A stretch of DNA of 64,000 nt from Chrysomallon squamiferum (lineage: Eukaryota; Animalia; Mollusca), in assembly GCA_012295275.1 (NCBI GenBank), contig CM022671.1:5394001-5458000 (forward strand), written 5' to 3'. The translations under genes were made by a program, and so were the position numbers. Positions 16,527 through 30,618 of this stretch are shown one piece after another (the first letter of the stretch is position 1; the number at the start of each line of letters is the position of its first letter). The notes under the pieces are model-generated. The model ran no database searches. It was given only the letters and a program-made list of their open reading frames with translations, and had not been told where the DNA came from.

Positions 16527-17667
16527 TGTATGTATGTACGTATATATGTTTGTGTGAGTTGGTGTAGGCACATGAGCATGCATGTGTGTATAAAAGTATT
16601 TTTCATTGTTTTTCCTACCAGTTCATTACATGGATACATTTCTTTTAAACGTGACATTTAACTTAAAGATCAAAGAAACATATTCATAACAAAATAAATA
16701 AAATTCTCTGAATATTTCTCCTCTTCTTTACCTGCAAATCTCTTGTAAAATAGAATAAAGTGAGATGTTTCTAATTATAGAATAAAATCATAAAGTATAA
16801 AAATGTAACAAAATGTCCCAGGATGCACTAATCCTATCTTTGTTCTGTAATCCTGTTGTAAAGCAGAATATATAAATACATAAATAAAAATAGTGAAAGA
16901 GGTAAGTATTAAGTTACAGTCATTGCAAAACACTCATTGGTTTAAGAAATAATAATCTGTCCTTTCTAAAAGTGTATTATGAAGTAAACTGTATCATTAA
17001 CTCCTATGACAGACTGTTAGTCAGCATAATGACTACAGTCAAGCCCTGATATAACACATCTTCATTTAATGAACATGAAAGGTAATGACTAAATTAACCC
17101 ACTTCATGGTCAGCATTCAGCACAATGAACCCATTGAACAACATGAACAGACCAAATCACTGTTTTTATGTTGTTTGTCTTGTGGGGAAAAAAATCAAGA
17201 CTATTTTTTAAAAATAAAATAAATCATGATAGAATTAACAAAAAAATGAAATGAAATAAATAAATAAAAATAACTGTATTAGTTGCTTTTTAAATATGAA
17301 AAATAGTTTCTGTGTTTGTGTGTGTGTGGTATATATGTGTCCATTTATTAATATAATAATATTAATACTTTGAACATTACTACTTGTTAATTTGTGGTTT
17401 TACTGTATATATAAAGAGTTTCCCTAACATCTTCCGCTGTGTATTGATTCATTAAATACCATCATTATGAAGATGGCTGCTGTACAGACCTCGAGGCTCA
17501 ATAATCAAAGTGAAAATCTTCTTCTTCATCTCATCACATCAAGTGTGAAGAAAAGTGAAAAAGATGTTCACTGTCATATGTGACTTGAAACACATGTATG
17601 TTAATAATGAATCTGTGTATGTGTGTGTGTTAAATATCTATCTCTCTCTCACTCACACACACACACA

Positions 17668-17702
<35 letters not shown>

Positions 17703-18606
17703 CATATATATATATATATGCAAACACACACACATACACACAAAATATGTATATATTGTAAATAAGAATTTACATGTGTATGTAAAGTATGTATCTCTAT
17801 ACAAATGTGTATATGTTTGTATATTTATATATTCATGTGTTGCCAATCCTCTTAATTGAAACACTTGTTTATAATCTGTTTAAATATCTCTTATTACTTA
17901 TTATCAATCTATGGCTTGCCAAGTGATTCCAAACTCTGCAAGGCTAAAGATTATTAGTGATTTATTAAAAATATGTTCTGTGAAATTAGGTCACTGAATA
18001 AATGAATAAATGAATATTCATTTACTAATATTACAGAATATTTCAATATTAATATTTATTAGGTATACTTTTGAAATAGTATTGACACACACACACACAC
18101 ATTCATACATACATACATTCATAAATATATACACATATATTAAATTGGGAAGAAAAAAAAACACTTTAATAATAATAATAAAAATGGTACAAGATGTCTT
18201 CTTTTTTCTTTTTCATTTATATATATGTTTAAAAATACGTTTGATTCCAAATGATCAGTTTTATTTAGTAATGGAAAAATAATATTTAAAATATTTTACT
18301 GCAGTTTAATTCATGATATAAAAACAGAAAGAGAGAGAGAGAAATAAAACCTGTCACATTCCCTCCATATCGACATCTTTTTGGTTTTATATGACGAGAT
18401 ATTGTAACATAATTTATTAATTATTAAAAGTGACTACTAAATTATAAAATAAAGTTTTTTTTTTAAATATATTATTATTAATAATAATAAATTAAAAGAA
18501 AAAATAAGAAGAAAAAGAAGGCCACACCTTTCCATAACTTTCGCATGAATTTTGGCACATGTTTCAGTTGTTTGGAAAATCTTATAATAAAAACTTTGGA
18601 TCTTAC

Positions 18607-18689
18607 CCCAGTGTCGAAATAAATCCATTGACGCTGCCTTCCGCATACAGCGATACGATGTCACCGACGTGCAAAAAACTGGCAGACAT
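18607..18689 (-). CDS. ITPR: IP3 receptor, first coding exon ([27 protein letters not shown]+GG)
   Basis: Hand translation of the minus strand from ATG at 18689 matches the conserved IP3R N-terminus (vertebrate ITPR1 [26 protein letters not shown]). 83 nt, ending in phase 2 at a GG|GTAAGA donor. Lies in a different frame from the listed ORF 18437..18787. Confidence 0.97.
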
Positions 18690-19080
18690 TGTAACGGCTT
18701 ACGTTGTACTTTTTCAGCCGTCAACATAAACATCGGCAAGGTCCATATTTTACAAACCGGAAGAGACAAATGTTCTCTCGTCTGCACTGCAGGTGCGATT
18801 CTTTATCAACTATTTTATACTCCTTAATTTGCTTCCTTTATGAATTGATAATCACTATAACTATAAAAACTTGGATCTTTTTTTGCTTTCAAAGTAAAGA
18901 GAATAAAATAAAATCCTAATCACAACAAACCACAGCGTTTTTGCAAGCACCTGTCGAATTACACTCGTACAGCGGTGCACGGAATCTGTTAGATATCGCA
19001 CGCTAACGAAAGTGTACGATGTAGCCCGAATGATGTAGAAAGTAGCTTCGAGAATTTCCGTTACATCAATTTCTCAAGGT
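18690..19080 (-). promoter_or_regulatory. Putative ITPR 5' leader/promoter (CpG-retaining region)
   Basis: CpG dinucleotides rise abruptly here relative to the depleted introns to the left. The region lies directly upstream of the ITPR ATG and has an ETS-type CCGGAAG near 18757 and TTCgaGAAttTCC near 19047. The TSS cannot be determined from sequence. Confidence 0.6.
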
Positions 19081-19532
19081 TGTTAAATGGGCTTTGGAAC
19101 AGACATAAATGTATTGTATACGTTATCTCCTTATGTTATATGTGTCACATATTAAAAAGGGAGATTATATGTAATTATATTTATTAATAATACAATAAAT
19201 ATAATTTCGCATTACCGACATATTTATCATCAGTTAAACAGTAAATATCTGTTTGATACGAAAGAAGAAGAAGAAGAAAATTTATTGTTATATATTAACA
19301 CCGTCAGATGAAGAAAATAATTGTAAATGATGTATTTAAATATCTAAAACAGGTTAATGGTCGATACCATGCCATGCAGTTTCCAGGGTGATGATGCAGT
19401 TAGTTAAGTGGCCAATGAACATTCAGAAAACCCTGTTCATTTTGGGTTAATATCAATATTATTAATATCCGACTTTGAAGTAAATAATTTCCATTGTTAT
19501 GTGTGCTTCCTAGTTTATGTAAATAATAATAA

Positions 19533-19563
<31 letters not shown>

Positions 19564-19828
19564 AAGAAGAAGAAAGAAAGAAAGAAAGAAAGGGAAAGAA
19601 AGAATAAATATGTAACGGGTCGATTAGAAAGAAATGCTCCTTAAAGGTGGACCAAAGTCATAACAGGTTTACTGTGAATGCTCTGTAGACTAATACATAT
19701 AAATATATACGAATTAGAGAACTTACATATTTTATTTTGTTTTATTTTTTTTTTTTTTTTTTTTTTTCAACTTTCAAGGGTATTTTTTTTTATAAATTTT
19801 TCCATATTATCGTGATAATAATCTTTTT

Positions 19829-19859
<31 letters not shown>

Positions 19860-20931
19860 TTATTATTATTATTATTTAGCGGCACTGTAAAAAGCAACTG
19901 ACTAAAATTGTGTCATAGTCTTTGTCATACTACAAAATCTAATTGTTATTATATAAGTAATATTATTCATCATTTATTTATTTATTGTTTATTCTTATTT
20001 TAATGCTGATCATTTAGCTCAATGCTCAAAAAGGGGGTGGGAAGCTTCAAAACAGACGGTAATTCATGATCTTGATCTGTTTTTAAAATGCACGACGTAA
20101 TAAAGGGAAATAATTATCCTGTGTCATTTCCGGTCTATGTGTACTTTGGACTGAGAATATTAGTTTTTAAACAAGGAAGGCACTTCATCCAGGAAGCTAG
20201 TGTTTATCTATTAGAATAAATGTCTGATAATTATATTCATTTTTGAGAGAGAGAGAAAGCGACTGTTCAACTGAGCATTGTGCCATTATGAAACTGCCAG
20301 ATAACCATCCCAAAAAATATTATAAAAAAAATTTAATAATAACACTCCACTACAGTATAAATACTGATATCATATTCCTAACTTTTCTTTCTTTCCTTCT
20401 TTCATCATCATCATCATTATTATTATTATTATTATTATCATTATTATTATTATTTCTGTTTCCAGTGGTAACTGCGCTGAAGTAATGCGTCAGAATTAGT
20501 GACCGCAAACTCACCATAAATAAATAAATAAATAAAATAATTTTTAAAAAAAAAATAAATAAGAAGAAGAAGAGAAAGGATTTCCATACAAAATTATTTC
20601 CTTTTAGCTATTTTGCTGGAAGTTTCCAGAAGCAAAAACGAACTGCACTTAACCAGTTCGATTAATATAAAAAATATGCTGCAGTATTGTTGATCATACA
20701 TCAACTCATAAACTGGTTCTGAGAGCGCTAATGTCTGGGTTAGGAAATGAGGAATAGGAAGAGGAACTGTCAGTTTGACCTTCATCATTAGTGTTACCCT
20801 TTTTCTTTTTTTCTCTCTGCCCTAGAGTTCTGTCTTACTTCTTGTTAGATTAGATCCATTTCTTTCTTTCTCTACATTCGTACGTCAATCCCTTCTTGTA
20901 ATCGTCTGTTTTGATACCAATTCTGTGTTTA

Positions 20932-20964
<33 letters not shown>

Positions 20965-21552
20965 CGGTGTTTGTATTCTCATCAGACTGACATTAATTCT
21001 TTTTTTTGGTTTTTCTTTTTTTTTTTTTTTCTATCTTATTATTCTCAGCAAATTTCATATTAATTTTTTTTCATTCTCCCTGTCTTTATCTCTCTGTCTA
21101 TCTGTGTCTGTCTTTCTGCACACTTCTCTTTTCTTTCTGCCTTTTCTTGTTTTCTACCACCTCGTCATCAAATTATACACAAATTCTGTGGTCACTGGGT
21201 TATTTAACTGAGAACAAAACAACGCACTGGAACGTACAAGTGACAGTTTTCATTCAGTGTTGTTTATCCTTTGTTTCTAGTCACATAACATTTACATTAA
21301 CGTAATTGTCACGTTAAAGTCTGCATCGTTTTGCAGAACACGGCGCCAGAAATTGAATTAGCGATCTGACTGCTACAGCGCTGAAATCCGCGACTTCGAG
21401 GCACTTTTAGTTTTCTGCCTAACCGCCTTGATTATGTAATGCAGACATTATTCCCACCATCTTTAACATAAAACTTCTATTCATTTCTCTTGCTTTCTCT
21501 CTCTCTCTCTCTGTCCCTGTGCACCTCTCTTTGTGTCTTTTTCTTTTTGTGC

Positions 21553-21555
<3 letters not shown>

Positions 21556-21638
<83 letters not shown>
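21556..21638. repeat. (CT)n microsatellite, representative of many (also ~23084-23168, 28069-28129, 41917-41977, 45831-45906, 55375-55466, 58370-58430, 60496-60557)
   Basis: Directly visible. Source of the poly-ER/poly-SL ORFs in the track. Confidence 0.95.
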
Positions 21639-21642
<4 letters not shown>

Positions 21643-22606
21643 ACAGAGGTGGTCTCAACTCACATACATTCAGGGACAGTGATCACCCTCTTTAAACAGC
21701 TCCCAAACAACTGGGGGGTAGTGTCAGCCACATGATTACGTTGTCTTTTATTAACGTTGTATTTACTAAATAAATCTAAAAATGTCTGTCGTCTGCTGTT
21801 ATTCTGCGTGCCGCTGAATGTTCGTTCAGTCCACTGAAGTCGAGCTATTTCAGTTCACCGATTAATTCAAGTCTTGTTACCACCTCTCCCACGCGCAACC
21901 CACACTCTCGGAGATTGACCAAAGATCATGCTCTTGGTGTTTAAGCGGATTCAGAAAGCTTAAAAAGTATCTCATGTCACTCTCATTAAAATTCATATAG
22001 AATAGAAAACTCCTAGAGGGAATTTCATATGATCATTACTGAATTAATCCGGCAAGTAAGTACATTTAAATGTCTTGAAATATGACTTCACTGATTTTGC
22101 AAAGACTGGCTTACAAATATTAGAATGTATTAATGGCTGAAAATAAGATTTCCAAAAAATATAAAGTTACACATTTTTGAATTAAATGGCTAAAGAATAT
22201 GCCAGAAGTTCTTCTGTAAATAAATAAATAAATCTACACAAATTGAAATACATGTAGGTTAAATTCCTTGTATAACACAGAAAATTTCATGTAAAGAACA
22301 AAAAAGAAGAGATAATGTTTGTTAATAAGAACAGAGAAAAGACGGATTATGAAAAGACAAAGATGAGAATGAGAACTAGAACAAAATAAATAAAGATGAT
22401 CATGAAGTATAATACAAAGATGATAATGATGAAGTTTATGATAAAGACAAAGATAAAGAAGCAGTGATAATAATGTTGATGATGATGATGATGATAATTG
22501 TATAATAATTAATTAAATGATTAACTAACTTATTAACAACTAATTAACTAAATAAATAAATAGATAAATTAATAACAGTAGTAGTCTTAGTCTTAATAGT
22601 AGTAGT

Positions 22607-22672
22607 AACAACAACAACAACAATAAAAATAATAATAACAACAAAAGCAACAACAATAACAACAACAACAAC

Positions 22673-22741
<69 letters not shown>

Positions 22742-22745
22742 AAGA
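22607..22745. repeat. Compound (CAA)n(TAA)n(GAA)n microsatellite
   Basis: Directly visible. Confidence 0.95.
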
Positions 22746-23079
22746 TGTAATTCTATAGCAGAGCAACGAAAGAAAAATAATCTTTCTCATGGACGTTACT
22801 TTGATGGTGTGTTTGATGCTCTCTAGATTATCTCTCAAACCCAGAAAATATATCATATTACAATCAATCATTTGTCTCAGCTGGACTTAAATGCAAAGAT
22901 ACTTCAGAGTCAACGAACGGGGAAATAAGAAAACTGTGTAAATATATATATATGTAAATAATTAAGAGTAAAGAAAAACAGGATATGTAAATATACAAAA
23001 TAAAGAAAGAGTATAATATACTTATTATTTACATCTCCTTTATAAAAAATCTATTTCTGCTTACGTGTGTGTGTGTGTG

Positions 23080-23177
<98 letters not shown>

Positions 23178-24398
23178 AAACACACACTTCGTCCATCCAT
23201 CCTTAAGCGCGCGGACACAGACACACTCACAGAAACACATAACATAAATATAACCATGTATGTAGCACGTTCGTATTTGCATATGTTTACAATTTTTAAA
23301 GCCCCCCACATATATATTTACATAATTAATATGTAATTGAAGAAGAAACACGCTATTAGCAGGGCACATATACTATTTTCATCGTTAACAGCAAAAACAA
23401 ATCGCAATGTTTGAAGAAAAAGAGAAAAAAAGAAGATATGTGACTCAATATAATGGGAACCAGTTGATCCAGTCTATAATCTGGCCCGCGAATCATCTCA
23501 CTCCATATCACCGTTATTTCCATTACAAGACAAGAACAAAAAAAAAAAAAAAAAATTAAAAAAAAAAAAAAGAAAAGAAATAAAGAAAAAGAAAAAAAAA
23601 AGAAAAACATTTCAAATGTTTTAAGAAAATTGACGAAAACTTTATTGATTATTTTCGGAAAAATGAATGGTCGATTTACTATCACATTTATGAGGAAATA
23701 GGTGGCGCCACTGACCAATCTTGTAAAACAAATGCGTTGTGGTAAAAATTTGTCAAGATTTTTCGTCTTTTTTTTTTTTCTTTTTTTTTTTGTGATTTAT
23801 GTACTGACACTTTTCTTTGTACGTATGTATGTATTTATGTATTTATGCATTTATGAATTTATGTATTTATGCATTTATGAAGTTATGTATTTATGCATTT
23901 ATGTATGTATTCGTTGTAATTCCTCCTGTGTAAAAACACCTGTTAGTTTACGAATTCCTGTCATAATGAATTCAGTTCACATCACATAACTACACAGAGG
24001 CGGAAACTCTCGAAATTAATCTGTACAAATCACTTCTCTCCAGCTTCATTTACCACTGTTACCCGATGGATTCGCGAAAATCCATACGCTGTCGTGTTAT
24101 GGAAGGCAATTACTTGTAAACGAAATTAGAAGTTACCTTAGTTACAGTTACCATGAAGAAAAATTAAACTGGATAAAGAAAATCAAGCACATTGAAGACG
24201 TTTCTATACAACTACAGCTGTCATATTCAGTCTTAGATGTGTTGATCGTGTTAATGGCGTGTTCGTTTGAGTTTTTCTTTTAGGCTTTTGGTTAGATATG
24301 ATTAAGGGAATAAGTGTGAGCGTTTACGTAACTTTGGAATTCAGCCCTAAATTAATGGCAGCCAGTAATGGTTTTTCATTTCAGAACACACAAGAAAG

Positions 24399-24446
<48 letters not shown>

Positions 24447-25106
24447 AGTCATTTATCGTGAAGCAGTGGTTTGAATTGTAATGGTTACAAGAATTAAATT
24501 GAGAGTCGGCGTCTGTTTTAATCTTTCTCGAAAGCTGAACTGCTTGAGTCAGGCAGGTACGCCATACTTAACCTCTGCAGCTGCCAAAATAAAAGAAGTC
24601 ATGAAAAATAAAACCCAACAAAACAAAACAATTTAATCTGCAAAACAAAAATAACACAAATTTTCGCTAAATTAACTGGAACCACGGATATTATATTATA
24701 TTTGTATATTTTTCAATATTCAGAATATAAACTGAACTAAAAAAAAAAAAAAAAAAAAAAAATAATAATAATAATTATTATTAAATTATTACACAGACAA
24801 TAAAAATAATAATATATGCAGAAATACAGAGACAGATATTGCAACAGATATGTTGATAGAAAGACAGATAATCAAATAGTGGTTTTGCAAAAACAGTGTG
24901 TGCGTGTGTGATAAATTAAAAATAAAGCAAACACTCACATGACAAACTAATTTTAATAAATATTTTATGTCTTACACAACATTTAATATAAGCATAACTG
25001 AATCGTTTATTGTCAATGGTGGTAAAACGATATATGTAATATATACCAACAAACACGCTGCAGTACGGTGGTACACAGCAACAATATTGCACGATAGCTG
25101 TGTTCA

Positions 25107-25164
<58 letters not shown>

Positions 25165-27452
25165 TTTTAAGTGTAACTTTGGCGCTTCAGATATAACATT
25201 CATTGCAAATGCATTTCGATTATTTACAACTATTTGTTTTATAGGTAACGTTTTACTTCCATGACCAAATAAACGATCACGAAAAAAACATAAACAAAAC
25301 ATTTTGACTGTTAGCTATATTTCTTCTATTCGCCACAGATATTAATCAACTTTTCCATCTCACCAGTAATTATATCATCATTAACATTTTAAAAAATTTC
25401 TTAAATTTGATGATAAATATATTTAATTTATTTAATTTATTTAACCTAATACACGAATTTTTATCATTAAAAAACAAATGGTGCCATTGACCATAAACCT
25501 ACGAAACGACTGGTATCCGCCATTGCTACACAGTTAATAAAATGTAATCCGCAAACTCAACTCATTAATACATTTTGCAAAGAATTAAATCATGGATGAC
25601 AAGCTTAGTGTAATATTTAAATATATCTGTCGTGAATTTAAATTATAATTTACTGACATTTAACAGCTGAACTATATTATGTTTAAGAGAACTGTAATAA
25701 TTACGTAATCTTGAAGATTAGTATGCTCTTGCTATCGAACTACGATCTTTAGAAAAAAAAAATTATGTTTAGAATTCAGAGAATTGTTATGAATATATCC
25801 GAAATTTCTAAGTATCACTGTAATTTAACATTTCCATTAACTAAATTTGATTTCTTTTTAAGGCGCTTGAATATCAAGGGACACAACTCTTACAATACCA
25901 AAAAGCAGTACGTCAACAAGATTACACAAAAATTAATTTTTTCTTCTGCTCGCCTTTCGAGAAAAATGTTTCACTGGATGATACAGAATGATAATTAGAA
26001 CATCTTTAATTAGGAACATAACTATATATATATATATATATATAAAGAATAACAAAAAGTCTTCAAACCAAACAATTTTTACTAATAACAAAACTAAATA
26101 AAAAAATATAATAGCTACAATAAATACTATCAGAAATTATTATTTTCTATAATAATGCTAATTTCATGCAATGATTATTTATGACAGATGACTAACAGTA
26201 TATAAAAAATCTAAAAATTACTCAAAGTAAATCTAGTTATTAATTATTTCTTAATAAATTTACTGTGCTCAAGACATTTTTTTGAAAGAAATGGTTACAA
26301 ATCAAAACAACGAAAAGAAGTAAGTATATTCACTAAATATTACCAGTTAGTCTCACACTTTTGTGCTTAAAATACTTGTATTTTTCTCTTTACTTTAGCC
26401 CTTACACAGTATTTTCTGTGCTAGCTTCCCAATCCTGTCTGTACTCTTGTAATAATCATTAGACTGTGATATGTTTTCCTGTTTAACTGAAGGTGCATAT
26501 AATATTTTCCTGCCTGCTAAATGATAAGAGTAACCCAATGTTTCTTTTTCATGAAATAATTTAACAAAAGTTTCATTGTTACTGTATTTATTAAAATATA
26601 TTGATGAAATCTATTATTATTATTATTCTAGGCTCTTGGTTCCTGTAATCTCTATCCTTGACTAATTCTGTGTGAAAATTTAATTTTCTGGCATAAACTT
26701 TCAATTAAATAGCTATAGATCACCCAAAATGTGTGATTAATTTAGCTTGTAACCTTGTTTGATTCAACTAAGTGACATGTTTGTGACATTTATTTTCTCT
26801 TCCCATACTGTAATAATAACTCATACAAAATTAATCTGTGGGTAAATTCTTTAGTCTTTCATGAGATTTCGTGACAGAAGTTTTGTGTTTAAGAAAGTAT
26901 AATTTATACAAAATGGAAAACAGATTATAAACCAGTTATGTTCCTTGAAGATCAAAATCTAACAAAAGTTTCCCCTTTTCTCCAGTAAAATAGATTAATT
27001 TTCAAAAGAGATGTTTAAATTAACAAAAATTTTTTTTTTTTTTTTTTTTTTCTAAATTGTTTTCAGGGATATACATGGTTATTATGAAAATATGAATGAG
27101 ATGTATTCTTATGCAGTTATGATGTGTTATATATATTTTACTTTTAAAACGCTGTTAAGTATTAACACATAGTGATTTTAAATACATTGTAATGGTTCTG
27201 CATTACTTTTATTTATCGTTAAATACTTTTTATTTTTTATTTATTTATTTATTTATTTTATTATTATTGTTTAAAATTGTTAGAATCATAAAATAACAAA
27301 CAAACAAAAATATAGTGAGAGAAAAAACAAGAACAGAATTTTTTGTTTTTTGTTTTGATATTTCTTCTTCTGGCATTTTATTCTGTCTAGAAATATAATT
27401 TACATGCTACAGGGTATTGAAAAAAGTGAATGAAAATTACATTACACGATTA

Positions 27453-27518
<66 letters not shown>

Positions 27519-27789
27519 TTGTAATAAAATAAATAAAAGTAAATAAATATCAACTAATACCATTAATAATAAATAAAAATAATATCTAAACAAAAAAAAA
27601 TGTGACAATTTATTTCTAAACTCTGAAATCCAACAAATATGTTTATTTTTGACATATTACGTTTATGATGAATTTTAACTGTTAAACATTACTACGACTG
27701 CTTTTGTAAACATTATTTTAATCATTTTGCGTCATGTGACTCCTATGTAATGACAAGTACAGAATCAGCCAAGAGCAAATAACCCAACG

Positions 27790-27795
27790 TTTATT
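27790..27795 (-). terminator. Candidate poly(A) signal (AATAAA) for the USP transcript
   Basis: First minus-strand AATAAA I found downstream of the USP stop, about 700 nt away. Weak evidence in AT-rich DNA. Confidence 0.25.
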
Positions 27796-28065
27796 GCTAT
27801 TAATAATCGATAACGCTGTAAATACCATTATGGAAATAATAAAAACCTGGGTTAGGGCTAAAACGTGGATATTAATGAATGATGAGATGGTCTGATACAG
27901 TTATGTGATCAGAACAGAGTCTGATTGAAATAGAAAAAGCGTTTGAAAATGCTGATAATTTAGTTTTAAAAGAAATTATCTTGAAGGAGGGAAAACCACA
28001 ATTAATTTAGCAAAATGGCTACCAATGTGCTTGCTATTATTTTGATTTTTAAAAGGATATTTCAC

Positions 28066-28132
<67 letters not shown>

Positions 28133-28487
28133 TTAAATAATGGGTTACTTGAAGTAAGATATTCCACAAGCAGTTTATAACGTACAGATTTCAAAGCAGT
28201 ATCTATAATAAATAAAGGGACTGGCTCTCTAAAATGAAAAAAAAAAAAAAAAAAATCTATTTTAAAATAAAATGAAAACAAGGCATTACACACACACATC
28301 ACATGAAACAAACTGGATCTTGTCCATTCATCATAAAATTTTCGAGTTTTATCATTTCATAAACAGTAATTAGGAACGTTTCGTGAGAAGCCTATTTTGA
28401 TCGTCTGCTCAATCCGGTGACTCATTGGTCACGTCCGAGCATGTCTACAGCTGATGTAAAGACCAGTCAGTGAAAACAGAGAGATGT

Positions 28488-28700
28488 TTAGTGGCCATCT
28501 TTGTCCTTCTGCTTGCAAACCAACACAGGCACGGGAGAGTGGTGGATTACGTAATCGCTGACACTGCCCATGATGGTTCGCCGGAACTTCCCGAGGCCCC
28601 GAGTTCCGGTTACGATAAACAAGGCGTTCCGAGACACAGCACACTCGATGATGGCCGATCCTGGTTTCTCTCCGTCTAGCCTGGCGAAGTCACCCTTTGC
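28488..28700 (-). CDS. Universal stress protein (Usp domain), last coding exon
   Basis: Acceptor TTCTCTACAG, then 213 nt encoding AKGDFARLDGEKPGSAIIECAVSRNALFIVTGTRGLGKFRRTIMGSVSDYVIHHSPVPVLVCKQKDKDGH*. Contains the USP ATP-binding signature G-TR-G-(9 aa)-G-S and the C-terminal 'SDYVxHHSxVPVLV' motif. Confidence 0.96.
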   Translation of the reverse strand, partial: AKGDFARLDGEKPGSAIIECAVSRNALFIVTGTRGLGKFRRTIMGSVSDYVIHHSPVPVLVCKQKDKDGH

Positions 28701-28902
28701 CTGTAGAGAATAGAGAATAAATTAAAACAGTTTTTTATTATTATTATTCTTCTTATTATTATTATTATTATTATTTTTTTTAGATAACAATGTTCCATGC
28801 AGAAATTAAAAAACAACAACAAAACAAATTATTATTAACCATATTTTACCTTTTTGTTTTTCTAAACGCACTTTGTGCCACAATAATAATGGCTTTCAGA
28901 AC

Positions 28903-28946
<44 letters not shown>

Positions 28947-29399
28947 TTCCATCATCAAACTAGAGGCTTACTGCACCCAATTAGATTACAGCATTAAAAC
29001 AATTAAATATAACTATCACCTTGTATTCTGTTTTTCAAAGTGACCTGAATTTCAGACATCACGATAAACGTTATTTTCTAAATAATCAACTAACGTCATT
29101 TCCAACGCAATAAATATCATTTTCAAAATTGTAAATATTATTTTCAAAACGTAATTGCCATTTGGAATGCATAACCAATAGCTGATTCCTGTAAATTACG
29201 TTATAAATTAGCTTCCATATCAAGTGTTAAAAGTGGTTTCAAATGATCATTATGATGTAAAGGTTTAGAAACAAATCGTCTGAATACCTTATAAATATTC
29301 AAGTTAAGGCATCCATTTATTTCCAGGGAACTGTATTTGAAATTTGATAATAATTAGACAAGACTCAGTTTGGCGTCTACATTCTGCTTGTTTTTTTAC

Positions 29400-29439
<40 letters not shown>

Positions 29440-30192
29440 TTTTTGTTGTTGCAGTGGATATTGTTTTCTTTTTGTGTTTTTTGCCTTTTTATTTATTTAT
29501 TTATTTATTTATTTATCTCGTTGTAATTGTTCTCATTTTTAAAGTATAGTCATTCAAAGAATTACGATATCTGTGATAAGAATTTTTACTTATGTAAGGA
29601 AATGATGACAATGATGATAATGAAAACAAGAATTTTCTTTTCTATAACATTTAATTGTAATTCCATTTGATTTTCATATCCGACCAAGTCACAAACTAAC
29701 TATGTAAGTGAACAATGATCAAACTAACTTGTACAATATGCAGTCTTTCTCCCTCTCCCTCTGTAACACAATCATTCAGTTTTCAATATAAAACAAACAC
29801 ATTCATTGTCACGCTTGGAGAGACTCCCCCAATACGTTTTATATTTATTACATTTTAGCTGATCAATAATTGCAAGCTAGATAAAAGACAGGAATCTTTC
29901 TCCGTAATGATCACATGATCACCGTTGTGCAGTAGTTAAAAGGTTGCCTGCAGTAAATCAATTCCCAGTCGTGACAAACTTAACCTTTAATTCAAAACTG
30001 AGAGCAGTGGTATGGCTGACCTATTATCTTGGTTTGGAAATCTGGAGTGAGTTACAGCATTCTGCACTTAAATCCTTCAGGAAGACAGTTTAAATGTCAG
30101 TGATGAGCTGATGAATATTCAAATGAGTTGCTAAAAGTAAGGTGTCCCTAGTGACCACCGAAGTGCATTAAACGACATGTACGGTTTTTAAT

Positions 30193-30540
30193 GGAGCTGT
30201 AACATAAACAGATTGTAAAATCTCAGGGTGTGGTGTGAGGCCTGATTGGTCACAGGATCAATACTCCTTGGTGCTCATATTTCCCATTCCAAACATTGCT
30301 CCAGAATGGTTCATAAAAATTCATGGTTAAATATTTTATGTACCTTTCAGCCTATGGGAAGGTGCTTATTAAATGATTTTTGCTACATAGTAGTAAGAAA
30401 ACACCCACGAACTGGAAAAAGGTTTATTTTCCCCTTTTATGTGAATCATTATACACTAACAACACTTGTTAACTACTAATAATTTGTATCAACATGTTGC
30501 ATAACATTAATTAATTCATTAATTCATTAAGTATGTTCAT
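30193..30540 (+). mobile_element. Near full-length, highly decayed SINE copy in the last USP intron
   Basis: Decayed tRNA-like head (...AGGATCAATAC...), core CCTATGGGAAGGTGCTTATTAAATGAT (reverse complement of the shared core) and an (ATTC/ATTA)n-like tail. Confidence 0.5.
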
Positions 30541-30575
30541 TAAGCCATGCTGATCCTCTGACAATAAAACATAAT

Positions 30576-30618
<43 letters not shown>

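Noticed and set aside
18437-18787. 116-aa minus-strand ORF from the track as a gene
   Set aside because: It is the shifted frame over ITPR exon 1 running on into the intron. The real protein is in another frame, so it is kept only as a possible overlapping uORF.
23695-23712. CTCF-like site AATAGGTGGCGCCA between USP and ITPR
   Set aside because: Only the 3' half of the consensus matches. A single partial motif is insufficient.
28429-28679. Track ORFs 28429..28644(-) and 28470..28679(+)
   Set aside because: Alternative-frame and antisense shadows of the GC-rich USP last exon.
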